NCBI GenBank assembly: GCA_951406725.2
Contig: OX597824.1
Location: 34,286,001-34,350,000, forward strand
Direction of reading: 5' to 3'
Length of the DNA stretch: 64,000 nucleotides
From: Octopus vulgaris
Taxonomy: Eukaryota
Every line of letters begins with the position of its first letter. Within the stretch, counting starts at the first letter, position 1. Below the pieces are notes generated by a model. The model had not been told where the DNA came from. It saw only the letters and a list, made by a program, of their open reading frames with translations, and made no database searches. Positions 1 to 12,889 of the stretch are shown piece after piece. The translations under genes and the position numbers were made by a program.

Positions 1-1137
1 AGTAGCTGCACCATCTTCAGTTGTATCAAAGTTAACAAAATCAACGTCTGCGACACCTTCTGTTGCAGAAGGTAATGTGACTGATTCCTGTTTATCTTTA
101 ATTACATCATGTAAATTATCAGTTTTACCTGATGCAAACGAAGATGGTGAGTCCAAGCATCCTGGAGATATCCCTCTGTACGGCCTGCCGTCCGCATCAT
201 CGTCAGACGAAGGTGCATCAACAAGCTGATGGTTTACAACCTCAGATTGTTTAGAAACCACTTCACAGTCCTTTTCTCCATCTAAGTCCGATGCGTTTGT
301 TTTGCGACCAAAAAACGTTTTTTTCTTTTGCCTACCCTCTTTAGCAGGTGACGGTGATAATGTTTTACTTGCAGCATTTTTTATTTTCTGTTTCTTTTTT
401 GATTTACTGCCTTTGCTGGCATTTACAGGAACTGGTTCTTTTGAGGACTTAGAGTTTGGTGAATTACTTTGGCATACATCAGCATTTCGAGAACAGTCGT
501 CCGATGTAACATCACTGGAAGCAGCTACGTGGGATTCTTTATACAAACACGAACTAACTATGGGTAGTTTATTGTGGATCGTTACAGTACTTGTAGTAGC
601 TTCAGCTGTGCTTATTTTGCTCGCAGCTGCAGGAATAGAACATACTGTATGAACGAGTTCGTTTGAGGCGGCTTCTTTTGTGTGAGTGTTAGTGGTGACT
701 GAAAGAGAGGTTTTTGAAGTAGTACCTACAATAGAAGCATGTGGCAGATCGCTGTTATTGACTACCTCCGTGTTTGCAGAAGCTGTGTCTTTACTGTTTG
801 TCACTTCTTCGTCAGAAAGGTCAACGGTGTCAAAAGTAGCTAAGGGAGCAGATCCGATCTCTCCTTGCCTGTCTAAAGGAGGACGATTGGCCTGTTGTGA
901 ATCAGACTGCACGGACGAAGGGTCCTTGTCATGCTTACCACCATCATCTAAATCCCGGACGCCACTTTTATTATTATCACTGCTACCACCAACATTTAAA
1001 CTAACACTTTCACAATCACTTGCACTATAACTACCACTTGTATTATTCGTTTTACCTTTGCTTTTCGAACCCTGCGCTGATGTCGATGCTGACGAAGAAG
1101 TTGATGTTGGGGTAGATGTAGCTTTGGATTTGTGCAT
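1..1137 (-). CDS. Partial coding exon of an unidentified protein (MHKSKATSTPTSTSSSAST...FDTTEDGAAT, open to the window edge), low-complexity, likely disordered N-terminal region
   Basis: Manual minus-strand translation from ATG 1137-1135 gives 379 codons with no stop, in non-repetitive sequence. An in-frame TAA lies 8 codons upstream. Basic clusters (KSKKKQKIK, RQKKK) resemble an NLS. Candidate splice acceptor ttcccgttcgcttttacAG with the exon starting at 1576. Confidence 0.8.
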   Translation of the reverse strand, partial: MHKSKATSTPTSTSSSASTSAQGSKSKGKTNNTSGSYSASDCESVSLNVGGSSDNNKSGVRDLDDGGKHDKDPSSVQSDSQQANRPPLDRQGEIGSAPLATFDTVDLSDEEVTNSKDTASANTEVVNNSDLPHASIVGTTSKTSLSVTTNTHTKEAASNELVHTVCSIPAAASKISTAEATTSTVTIHNKLPIVSSCLYKESHVAASSDVTSDDCSRNADVCQSNSPNSKSSKEPVPVNASKGSKSKKKQKIKNAASKTLSPSPAKEGRQKKKTFFGRKTNASDLDGEKDCEVVSKQSEVVNHQLVDAPSSDDDADGRPYRGISPGCLDSPSSFASGKTDNLHDVIKDKQESVTLPSATEGVADVDFVNFDTTEDGAAT

Positions 1138-1321
1138 ACCCTTAGCTGTTGACGTGACTTAAACTAGATGTATTTTAATATAACTGAATCATTCTTTTCC
1201 TTAGAGGTCAATGATATAATATACAAACGTATATATTATCATTATTAAATATTCCTACACCTATAAGACATCTATTTTTACTACAGAAAAGGCTTAGATA
1301 TGTGATAAATAGATAGATAGG

Positions 1322-1352
<31 letters not shown>

Positions 1353-1390
1353 GTGTGTGTGTGTGAAAGAGAGAGAGAGAGAGAGAGTTA

Positions 1391-1424
<34 letters not shown>

Positions 1425-3009
1425 TTATGGAAACGTATAATAATAATTTCTATAAATGTGCTTGTTTTGTGTCTGTAGTCTGAAAGATTGCGGACTTATA
1501 TGAAAAATCAGACTTACGATCTTCTAAAGATGGTTGAAATGTTTCAAAAGACACAGTAACCACTATGTTCGCAATCCTGTAAAAGCGAACGGGAAGATGC
1601 GTCAATAGTTTTATATTTTTTTCTCCTTTTTCATGATATTTTCTCGTTAGTTTTGAGCTGTTTTCATTTCTAATGTTGCCTTAAGAAAACAGTTTTTATC
1701 ACGTGTGTTGTCCATTTCTTGTTTTTTTCATTGTATTTCCTCCCTTGGTCGCCAGTTGGTATAACTTTCATCTTGTTTATCTTGCTGCTGCCTCACAGAA
1801 CTCCATCCTGGCCTGATCATCTCGACGTATATCCTTGCTTTCATCAAACAGAGCAGGCGTCTTTACTTGTTCGCTGTTAACATATACATACACACACACA
1901 CATATACACACACTCGCATTCACGCACTACACTCACACTCACACACACATATGCGTACACTCAAAGAGAGAGAGAGAGAGAGAGATTGATTTATTCCATG
2001 CATCCCCCATTTCTCCAACTGATGTGGATAACCTCCACGGATGGATATATATAACTATTACTACTACACAAATCACGAATTAATAAGAAATATAGTAGAT
2101 TCAGTCGACCTCAGTATTTCACTGGTATTTTGGTATTCATTTAATAATTTCTTTTATTTGCCACAAGGGCAACGGCCAAAAAGACTGCACTGCAGCTAAG
2201 ATAAAGGATATTGATTTCACAGCGTAATCCGACGACAAATTGCTTCTTTTTATAGCCGTAAGCATGTTTTACTGGGAACAGTTTCAATTTTTTTTCCAGC
2301 AACTCTTATTATTTAAGCTGTAATAATGTTTTCTGATGCATTTAGCATATAATTCCTACCTGTGTGTGTGTGCGTGGAAATAGGATAATGGAGCATATGA
2401 GAAACAGCGACTCGCAGAAATATGGAAAATAACAGCAAGTTTACGAAATAGAGTTCGTTCTAAGAAGGCAGTTATAATTGACGGGTCATAATGACGAAAA
2501 GAAAAATCAAGTTAAAAGTCGGGTGGAGAAAACGAAAGAAAGCGACGCAACCGAAAAGTACGTAATCAGCAGAGAAACAGACACATTAAGTTGGTGTGTG
2601 TGTGTGTGCTTTCTGAGACGGGTTTTAAAACAAAATATGTCCCAAGAATATACAGACTCCTTGCAGTAACACATCCACAGGTCCAAGTTAACGGAGAAGG
2701 TCCGTTATGAGCATGTGACCGAAACAAAACAAAAGATAGACAGGACGATAAAGGTTATCTATATTTAATTTCGATAAACATACAACCACCTTGCAGTTGT
2801 TAAAACTAATTTAAATCATGAATTATTCTGTAAAATAAAGCAGCATAGAAATATCTGTGTCAGTGAATGCGGCCATCCATACGCACTCAGACACACACGT
2901 ACACATACGGGTGCACACATTAGCATACATACATACATACACGCACACTCGCAATTATATAAATATCTATACAAAAACGCACGCACAAATATATATGTAT
3001 GTCTGTATG

Positions 3010-3052
<43 letters not shown>

Positions 3053-3738
3053 CGGTTGCAATCAAAGGAATAATAGAAACCTATTAACAGTAATGTTACG
3101 GATATCTGAGAGACTGGTCGATAAACACACGCACACACACACAGAACCCACATATCATTATATCATTATTATGATAATTATTATTATTATTTAAAGGAAC
3201 GTGATTCGACCCCATGCCTCTAATAAACTTAGCTCGTTGGGCTCCGTTAACTCCTTCATCCCCTCATCCGTGTATTCACACACATACACACAGGTGGTGG
3301 TGGATCCTCGCAGATAGATGAGGAAGATTCGGTTAATCTGAAATTAATGTGCAAGTGGATGAGTATCCGCCAGACACATGTACTCTTAAAATAATTCTGA
3401 GACACATGACAAGCCTGTACCTTTCAAATTACAAGTATAGTCCATCACCTGAAAGTCTTCTTCACAGTTTCTACCTTAACAGTTTCACTCACTAGGTATG
3501 GGTCAACTCTGGGCTATAGAACATTACATTTACCCAGGACACCACACAGAACCTCTTGGTTGCGGAGCAACTTGTTAATCCTGTTTTTCTAAACCATTTT
3601 TTACTTATGGACTCCCTATGGTACCAATTTAACTTGGGTGGACCCCTCATACCCGTTCATTGTTAAAAGAAAATCCTATTATATTTTTATAATTAAATAT
3701 TAGGAATTGTATAAAAAATGAATTGTAAAAATATTTTA

Positions 3739-3903
3739 GGCGCAGGAGTGACTGTGTGGTAAGTAGCTTGCTTACCAACCACATGGTTCGGGGTTCAGTC
3801 CCACTGCGTGGCATCTTGGGAAAGTGTCTTCTGCTATAGCCCTGGGCCGACCAATGCCTTGTGAGTGGATTTGGTAGACGGAAACTGAAAGAAGCCTGTC
3901 GTA

Positions 3904-3954
<51 letters not shown>

Positions 3955-4139
3955 CTGTTTGTCCCCCTAGCATTGCTTGACAACCGATGCTGGTGTGTGT
4001 ACGTCCCTGTCACTTAGCGGTTCGGCAAAAGAGACCGATAGAATAAGTACTGGGCTTACAAAGAATAAGTCCCGGGGTCGATTTGCTCAACTAAAGGCGG
4101 TGCTCCAGCATGGCCGCAGTCAAATGACTGAAACAAGTA
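3739..4139 (+). mobile_element. tRNA-derived SINE, family B (Octopus OK/OR-type), near full length
   Basis: ggcgcaggagtg...gggttcagtccc head, internal (TA)n, tail ...gactgaaacaagta. Many copies in the window. Confidence 0.85.
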
Positions 4140-5477
4140 GCACATAAGTTTTAACAATGGAATCTTATATGAGCCCTGGTTGAGAACTACTACGTTAACC
4201 CTTCAACCATTCTGTGCCAACATACCCATGTGTGTGTGTGTGTGTCTGTGCACATGCACTTTGCAGGCCCTCCTAGACCAGTGAGATTGATGCAATAAGT
4301 GTTGCTCTTGCATCTCTGAAAGTATGAGGAGTTTGCTGTTGGTATAGGGGTGGGGGATACAACAAGAGTGGCGAGTAGAGGTGGCATGATCCTAGCCAAC
4401 TCAAGAGAACAGATGTCATTCTGCCGAGGTCGACTTTGCCTTTCATCCTTTCGGAGTCTATAAATTAAGTACCAGTTACGCACTGGGGTCGATGTAATCA
4501 ACTTAATTCATTTGTCTGTCCTTGTTTTTCCCCTCCATGTTTAGCCCCTTGTGGGTAATAAAGAAATATATAATAGCAGTGAGAATAGACAATTCACCAA
4601 TAGATTAGCAGTTGGAGCATGTCTGTGAGTGACTTCGTGCCAATCACTCAACTGACCCATTCATGGATGTTCAACAGCAGCTATGTCCCAGGTATGACAA
4701 CAATATTCCACAGTGGACCTCAACTGAGATTTGTGAGAATGTCAATAATCGTTGGAGACCTCCAGCACTATAGAGTAAGGCCAAACAATGCAGTCTAAAC
4801 TATGTTAAGGATGTGTTTCTACCAAGAAAGTTCCTTGGTGGTAGTGAGTCTTAATAAAAAACAATTTTGAGAGCTGTACTTGAGAGTACCTTATGACTAA
4901 AGAGAAATGCTATGGGAGTAAGAACTAGGTTTAAAAAGGACTTGAGTCAATTCATTCAAATGAAAAATTCCTCAAGGCAGCAGCTTAGCATGGCCACAGT
5001 GTACTTACTGAAACAAGAAAATGAAAAAGATAACAGGCAGATAGACAGATAGATGGATACATACATACATTCACACCCACATATACAGAGAAAAACAATG
5101 AGTTTTTTTAAAGCTGATCCAATGGCCAATTATTTTGGAAACTTTCCAGTGTGTTACCAGTTCTTCAGACAGGAACAGACTATTTCTGTCTCAGGAAATT
5201 ACAAAACATCGGTGGAGAAACTCCAGTGTAATGGGTCATTGAATCGTCCTAAATAAACTCTTTCACTCTACTATGGCACTGAGTACTTTCTCTCATTTTA
5301 GTTGAAACTAATGGATATGTATATACACACACACACACTTGAGGGGGTGATGAAAAGTTCTTGGGTTTGAGTAAAAGAAAATACAGGAGGATCAGTTAAT
5401 TATGATTTTATTCAACATAGTCCCCTCTCAGATTCACACGCATGCATGTATATATATATATAGAGAGAGAGATAGAC

Positions 5478-5853
<376 letters not shown>

Positions 5854-6225
5854 GGCACGTATGAATGATGAAGCCACCTTGAGCATAATCCTATGAACCC
5901 GGAAAAATTTAAAACAGAGAGTTACTTACTTGCAAGTAAATGTATTAACATGTGACATTATTGACCGAGGTTACCGTGATCTTTTCTGTAGGCTTTTCTT
6001 TCCACAGATAAACCATATCTGTTTCTCCCTTTACACTTTACATCATGACATTTCTGTGATACACGATCCCTATTGATCGTTTTTTTTTCTTTCTTTTTAC
6101 GATCCCCTTTGATCAAAAACCTACCCCCCCTTTTTATTTTATATTTTTTTCCTCCCCAAAAAGAAAATCTCAACTTTGTAATTTGTCCCCTCTGCATTCA
6201 GCACTGTGTGGCTAATAAAGAAACA

Positions 6226-6266
<41 letters not shown>

Positions 6267-7226
6267 ATCTATCTATCTATCTACCAAACAACCTAGCTAC
6301 CTATCTAGGTAGGTAGGTAGGTAGGTAGGTAGATAGATAGACAGACAGACAGACAGATAGAGAGATAGATACACTCACACACACATGCATACATGTGAAT
6401 GTGTATGTTGGTGCATGGGATTGATTCAAAATTTGTTTTAGCATTTATGTATACCAGCTAAATTTTCACCTTCATCTGTTCCCTTTCACAACTGACTCTT
6501 CCTCCCTATAGCTTTGACCCATCTCATAATGCATTCATTAACCCCTCATCCCATTCCACTTTCTGTAAACCCCTTCATTCAAGTCTACAGCCCAGGGATT
6601 CCAGGATAGCAACCCTAATTGCTTGCCATCAATACTGCCAACTGCCCGAACATGCCTCAAGAGTAACAATCAATTTGTTAGGACAATTGAACTGGATAAA
6701 TGTTATACTCTGCCATTTTAAGGACTATATACTATCTCTCTGATTTCAAATATTGATACAAGGCCAGCAAGTTCAGAGGAGGCAGTAAACTGATTGCATA
6801 ACCCCCAGTGTTTAACTGGTACTTATTTTATTGATCCTGAAAGAATGAAAGGCAATGTCAACCTTGGTGGAATTTAAACTCAGAACATGAAGTCAGACAA
6901 AATACCTATAAGTATTCTAATAATTCTCCAACCCACTGCCTTGAATTGTCTCTCATATTGATAACATTTTTATAAAATGAATAAAACAATATCACCATTA
7001 TTTAGCATCCACTTTTCCATGCTTGCACTGGTCAGACAGATACCCTTCCTATTGCCATCCCACACCTGTTTTATGTAAGATAACATTTCCTCTGATAAGA
7101 TATATCTTCACAGAATATTGGAAATGAAAGTCATTGCTTGTGTGACAGTGATAATCATTTACAAGTATCACTAGACGTCAAGACGAGGAGATACCAATGC
7201 ACACATACATGCATATGCATATACAT

Positions 7227-7281
<55 letters not shown>

Positions 7282-7341
7282 CACTCATACAGACATTCAT
7301 ATGTATATACACATATTACATATACACACACACACACACAT

Positions 7342-7386
<45 letters not shown>

Positions 7387-7609
7387 CAAACACATACACA
7401 CACATATATATACATAATGTATATATACATTTATATATTTATATAATGATCTTCTTTCAGTTTCCATCTACCAAAACCACTCACAAAGCTGTGGGTGGCC
7501 CATGGCCATAGTAGAAGACAGCTGCCTGTGGTGTCACAGGAGGGAACTGAACCCAAATACATGTGGTTGAAAAGCAAGATATTTAGCCACATTAAAAATG
7601 TAGGTTAAG

Positions 7610-8560
7610 TATGAGGCCATATGCTGCTGCAGCACATCGCTGTATCTTTCATTTGTTGGTATCTGCTTGGGTCTTCCCAGCAGTGTCCTAGTCAGTTCCC
7701 ATCTCTGTGACATACTTTTGCAGCTGCCATGACTATGTGACATGTAGCTGACCAATATAAGCTGTTGCCCCATCCAGATCCTGAGAGAAGAGAACATGAT
7801 ACCCAAGGTCCAACTTAGAAAATTAAGCAACATGACCAAATAGTCTAAGCTGACACTCCTAAATCATACAAGTAACATGATACATCCCAATTTCTGAGTA
7901 TAGTAGTTGGTTGCCTTGAAATCCAACCAATAGTTGTCCATACTCCTGCAAAGTGGTCTGGTATCAAAGGAGTTGCTCCTAAGGGCTTCAGACAGTGTCC
8001 AGATCTCACAACTGTAGAGTAAGACAAGGAGATGATCCAGGGACCTGAAAACCCAAACCTTTGTCCTTCTGCTCAGATATCAGCAATGCCAAATACCCAT
8101 GTCCAGAGAGTCCACTACTGCACTGCACCAGCATGTGTAAGCCTTCTTAAGACTTCAGACTCACAGGGTCACACTGCTGAGATTAGTGAAGTTGTCAGCA
8201 ATTTCAACGTTCTCATCTCCAACAGAGACAGATGAGATGGAACCCCTCAGGAAGCCAACAAAAGACCAGATCTTTGTCTTGATCCAAGAAACTTTAAGGC
8301 CAAGTGGTTTCACTTCCTCACTTAGTTAAAGGAGAGCACTCTTTAAGACATCCAGAGACTCAGTAAGATTACCTGTATCATCAGCAAAATCCACATCAAA
8401 ATCACCAATGAGTGCCCCACAACTTGATTGAGCCATCATTCAGTCAAAAATCCAGTCCATGTAGGCATTGAACAGAGAGACAAGACACAACCCTGAAGGA
8501 TTCCAGATCTAACTTGGTAAAAGTCAGATGTTGAGCCCCCAATCTGAACATAAGGTTGAC
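7610..8560 (-). mobile_element. Degenerate RTE-type LINE reverse transcriptase fragment
   Basis: Minus strand SGILQGCVL and DVDFADD motifs; multiple stops. Confidence 0.65.
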
Positions 8561-8619
8561 GTAAGTTGCAAGCAGCTCCTGCCAAAGACTCTACCTGTAT
8601 TCAATAAGTACACTCAGAG

Positions 8620-8924
8620 TTGTTGTTCCTTCTCGAGCCATGCCTGGCTCATAAGGGCCGGTTTCCCAGTTTCCTTGGAGTATAGGTTCCCCACCTGGAC
8701 GAGACGCTGGTCTATCGCTGGTGAGCTGCAAGATGTAGGAGGAAAGAGTGAGAGAAAGTTGTGGCGAAAGAGTCAGCAGAAGTTCGCCATTACCTTCTGC
8801 CGGAGCTGCGTGGAGCTGAGGTGTTTCGCTCATAAACACACACATCACCCGGTCTGAGATTCGAACCCGTGATCCCTCGACCGCGAGTCCGCTGTTCTAA
8901 CCACTAGGCTATGTGCCTCCACAC
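8620..8924 (-). mobile_element. tRNA-derived SINE, family C (V-domain-like), with TSD
   Basis: A/B boxes (tagcctagtgg, gggttcgaatc), (CAA) tail, 10 bp TSD acactcagag. Confidence 0.85.
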
Positions 8925-9416
8925 ACACTCAGAGCCAGGAACCTGTCAGTAGTTGACCTATTTGGCATGAATACAAATACATAAAATACATAAATAAAAG
9001 CTGCCAGTCCATCAGGGATAATCGTGGAGCTGCTCAAAATATCCAGTGAGGTAGGGTTCAGGATTACTGCTTAGATAGTTAATCAGGTTATTCAAGATGT
9101 CATACCCAATGAGTGGTGTAGCAGTATTATCATAAACTGCTGCAAATTTAAAGGTGATGCCTTAGAGAGAAGCAGTTATACAGGAATAAAATTACTGGAT
9201 AAAATACATGAAACAAAATACATAAAAACAAAAATGAAACAAATTTAAAAATAAACAGTTTATTTATCTTTTAAAAGCATTTTCTACATTACCCTGTCTA
9301 CAGTCACACACACACACACATTCATGCACGCGCACATGCATGTGTGTGTGTATGTATGTGAGTATATGCAGGGTAATTTAGATGTTTCAAATGATGGGTA
9401 ATATATATACATACAT

Positions 9417-9451
<35 letters not shown>

Positions 9452-9937
9452 CATATACATATAAATACATATATATAATACATATATATATTTATACATA
9501 TATACACACACACATATATATATATATGTACATACACATATATATATATATGTATGTATTCTTTTATTCTTTTCTATTGAATAAGTGAAAGTATCTCATG
9601 TTGTTTACATTTTATGTTAAACTTACTGTTTTGAAGAGGTTTTAAACTCAATCATATTAAAAATATCTTTAAAAGCTTGTAAAATTTACAATAGGCACAA
9701 TGTGTACAAATAAAGATAAAATTAGGTCAAGTCCTCAATCAGCTCCTGACATTAAAAGCTTGGGCATTATTTATTTATTTATTTATTACCATAGATTTGA
9801 TGTAATGATTAACATAGATCAACAGCTCTTGAGTATGTGGGTCAACAAGAAAACTGGCTATATTGTGTCAAAGATAAACAGGATGGTCAATCAAATAAAA
9901 CCTAAAAGTTTATACTTATTCCTGTAAGTATTTCCTC

Positions 9938-10104
9938 TACAAATGTGCCCCCCCACCCTTGAATTTGTTTCCCACATAATGTCCAGAAATTCTAATGTAA
10001 CCAGAATCTACATCATCTGAAGCATTTTCGCAAAAAAATTCATGAAAAAATATCCATTTTTCTGGAAGTTATGAGGAAACAAAATCAATGGGGGCACACT
10101 TGTA
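9938..10104. mobile_element. Tc1/mariner-type MITE
   Basis: TIRs TAcaaatgtgcccc / ggggcacacttgTA (1 mismatch). Confidence 0.65.
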
Positions 10105-10369
10105 TAGGTATGCTCTTCTATGTTCACTTCAATACAAGTCTTTCAGAATGGCTATTTTTGTGATTCAAATTGATTGTGCTACTTGATTTTCTGCTCCCAA
10201 GCTCTCCATTTCCCTGAACATACTAAGACCCTGTCTTCTTTTCTACTTACTAAAACCTTAGTCTTTGCTGAGTTTACCTCGAAGTCTTTTGATCTTAAGT
10301 TTACTTCTATACCTAGAATTCCCTTTCTTATTCCCCTCTATGAGAACCAGATCGTTGGCATATAGAAGT

Positions 10370-11660
10370 TCCCATGGACATGGATGGAACTATGTCCTGA
10401 CCGAGTTGAAAGTCACATGGTGGTGGAATGATACAGTTGACAAAGTAGTAAAGACTAAGAGACAGACATGGAAAACCTGGAAGGAAGGTGATAGTAGGGA
10501 GAATTACCAAATGGCTAGAACAGTGGTTCCCAAACTTTTTAGAGTCATGACCCACTTTATCACACCAGTTTATGACGACCCACTTAACTCGACCGAGTAT
10601 CTCGATAGACAGCAGTTAATCAAAGCTAATGCGTAATTTTATATCTTTTTGCGACCCACTAAGATTCCATTTACGACCCATCTGTGGGTCGCGACTCATA
10701 GTTTCGGAACCACTGGGCTAGAAGATAGTGTGGAGACAGATATATTTGGCCAAGGATGAGGCAGAAAGGAAGAGATTTCACATGTCTTGTAATGTGAGGA
10801 TCGGAGACATGAGGAGATTAGGATTGTTACCTAGGGGATGTAATTAGCAAGGAAGGTAGTTGCTCAGAATGTATAGCAGCCAGGCAAAGAAAAGGTTGGA
10901 GAAAGTTTAGGGAGCTACTACCACTGCTGACAACAAAGATATATTCCCTCAGAGTGAAGGATAGATTGTATAATACTTGTATTAAAGCTGTAAATCTGCA
11001 CGGTGGTGAGATATGGGCCTTGAATGCAGAGGACTTGAGTAAACTAGAAAAAAATTTAATGACCATGTTCCGTTGGATGTGCAATGTGAGTGTGCATGAA
11101 AAATAGTACAAATGTGCTGAGAGAACAACTAGGCATAAACGGAATCAGATGTAGTGTGCAAGTAAGAAAACCGTGCTAGTAGTGGACATATAATGCATAT
11201 GCATGAGGACAGCTGTATAAAGAAGTGTCTTTTGCTTAATGTGGCAGTGAGACATGGACTTTGAATGCAGAGGACTTGAGAAAACTAGAAAGAAATGAAG
11301 TGAGCATGCTTCACTGGATGTGCAATATGAGTGTGTGTGTTTGTGTGAAAGAATTAGTAGTACAAAGTTACTGAGTGAAAACCTGGGAATAAGAGAAATC
11401 AGATGTTGTGTTCAAGAAAGAAGACAGTGCTGGTATGGACATGGGGTGTGCATGAATGAGGCAGCGGTATAAAAAAAAGTGTCAATTGCTTAAAGTGTCT
11501 GGAACCTGTGGGAGAGGAAGATTCAGGAAGACATGAGATGAAGTGGTAAAGGCTAACCACAGCTCCTTGAGCAAGTAGTGAAGGCTAACTTCAGGATCCC
11601 GAGCTTCACAGAGGAGATAATAAAGAGATGTCTGGCGATATGCAGCCCTCAAGAAGACCC
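10370..11660 (+). mobile_element. Degenerate RTE LINE fragments with an internal ~250 bp duplication
   Basis: TWWWNDTVDKVVK..K motif. The gagatatgggccttgaatgcagaggacttgag block occurs at ~11008 and ~11249. Confidence 0.7.
10521..10715. mobile_element. hAT-type MITE nested in the RTE relic
   Basis: TIRs cagtggttcc / ggaaccactg; perfect 8 bp TSD ggctagaa (10513-20, 10716-23). Confidence 0.9.
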
Positions 11661-12889
11661 ACCCACTTTCGTGAAACTGATTTCTGGAAGTATGTCAGTG
11701 TACATATTACATAAGTGCACAAATGGTCACTTCAGGTACCTTACCCAATTTCCCCCTTATATCTCTCCCACTGCAGCTGCCTACCCCACTTCTCATAATC
11801 CCTTACTCTCTTATCCATTAATATTGTCCTCTACATCTAGATGCCCCATTGATCTCTATTCTTCACTGGATCACCAAATTCTATCCTCATGCTCTATGCC
11901 TGAATCTTTCTCTCCTTATCTCCTGTACTCTACAGAAACACATCGTTTTTTTCTTCTTCTCTTCTCCCATTCTAAATCAACTGGATCATCATTACTATCC
12001 TGATACTGGTCTCTTCTTGCATCCCTCTACCCCCCCAATTTGACAATCTGCACACCTGCATTGACCTTTCAACCCCCACCTAATCTTTATGAGTGTTGCC
12101 TGCCTTTCCTCTCTCTTCCCCTGCATACACTCTTACACCCCCACCCGCTCCTACTTACTCTGTCCCCACTTGCATCTACTCATCTCATACTCTGTGATGC
12201 CACTTGGGTACCTCATCACCATCATTTGTCTCTTGGTGGCTTTTACTAATTCATCTTTCACTCTCTTCTAAATGTGAGTGGCCACATAGTTCTTTTACTT
12301 ACTCTGTCCTACCTCCCTCTTCTTTCTTACATTGATCCATATCTGCTAGCATTAAAGCCCCTCCTCTTGGATTTCATAGGTTTGCAAGCTGCAGGCGACC
12401 TCACTAGTGCTGGTTGAATGAGAAAAGCGCCCAGTACACACTGTAAAGTGGTCAATGTTAGGAAGGGAACCGAGCTGTAGAAAACATGCCAAAGTAGACA
12501 TTGGAGCACAATGCAATCCCTGGACCCATCAAATCTTGTCAAACATCGATTATGCCAGCATGGAAGATGGACATTAAATGGTGATGATGATGATGATGAT
12601 GACACACACATACATACAAACTCATATGTATATATGAACATATATACACACACATGCATGCATACATACAGGCTTGCTGAAACAAACAGGAGAGATAAAA
12701 CAATACATGATATATATATATATATATATATATATGCTTTTATTTTTAATCAACAAAAAGTTACAAAAATGATTCAAGTGCCAAGAGTTTCATGCACAGC
12801 CCTCATCATGGTCTTGAGTCACTTTGATGATTTCCTGCTGATTAACTATACAAAAGCACACACACACACACGCACACACAAACTTTCTA

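Noticed and set aside
302-1030. Plus-strand hydrophobic ORFs 302-652 and 686-1030
   Set aside because: Antisense shadows of the longer minus-strand exon.
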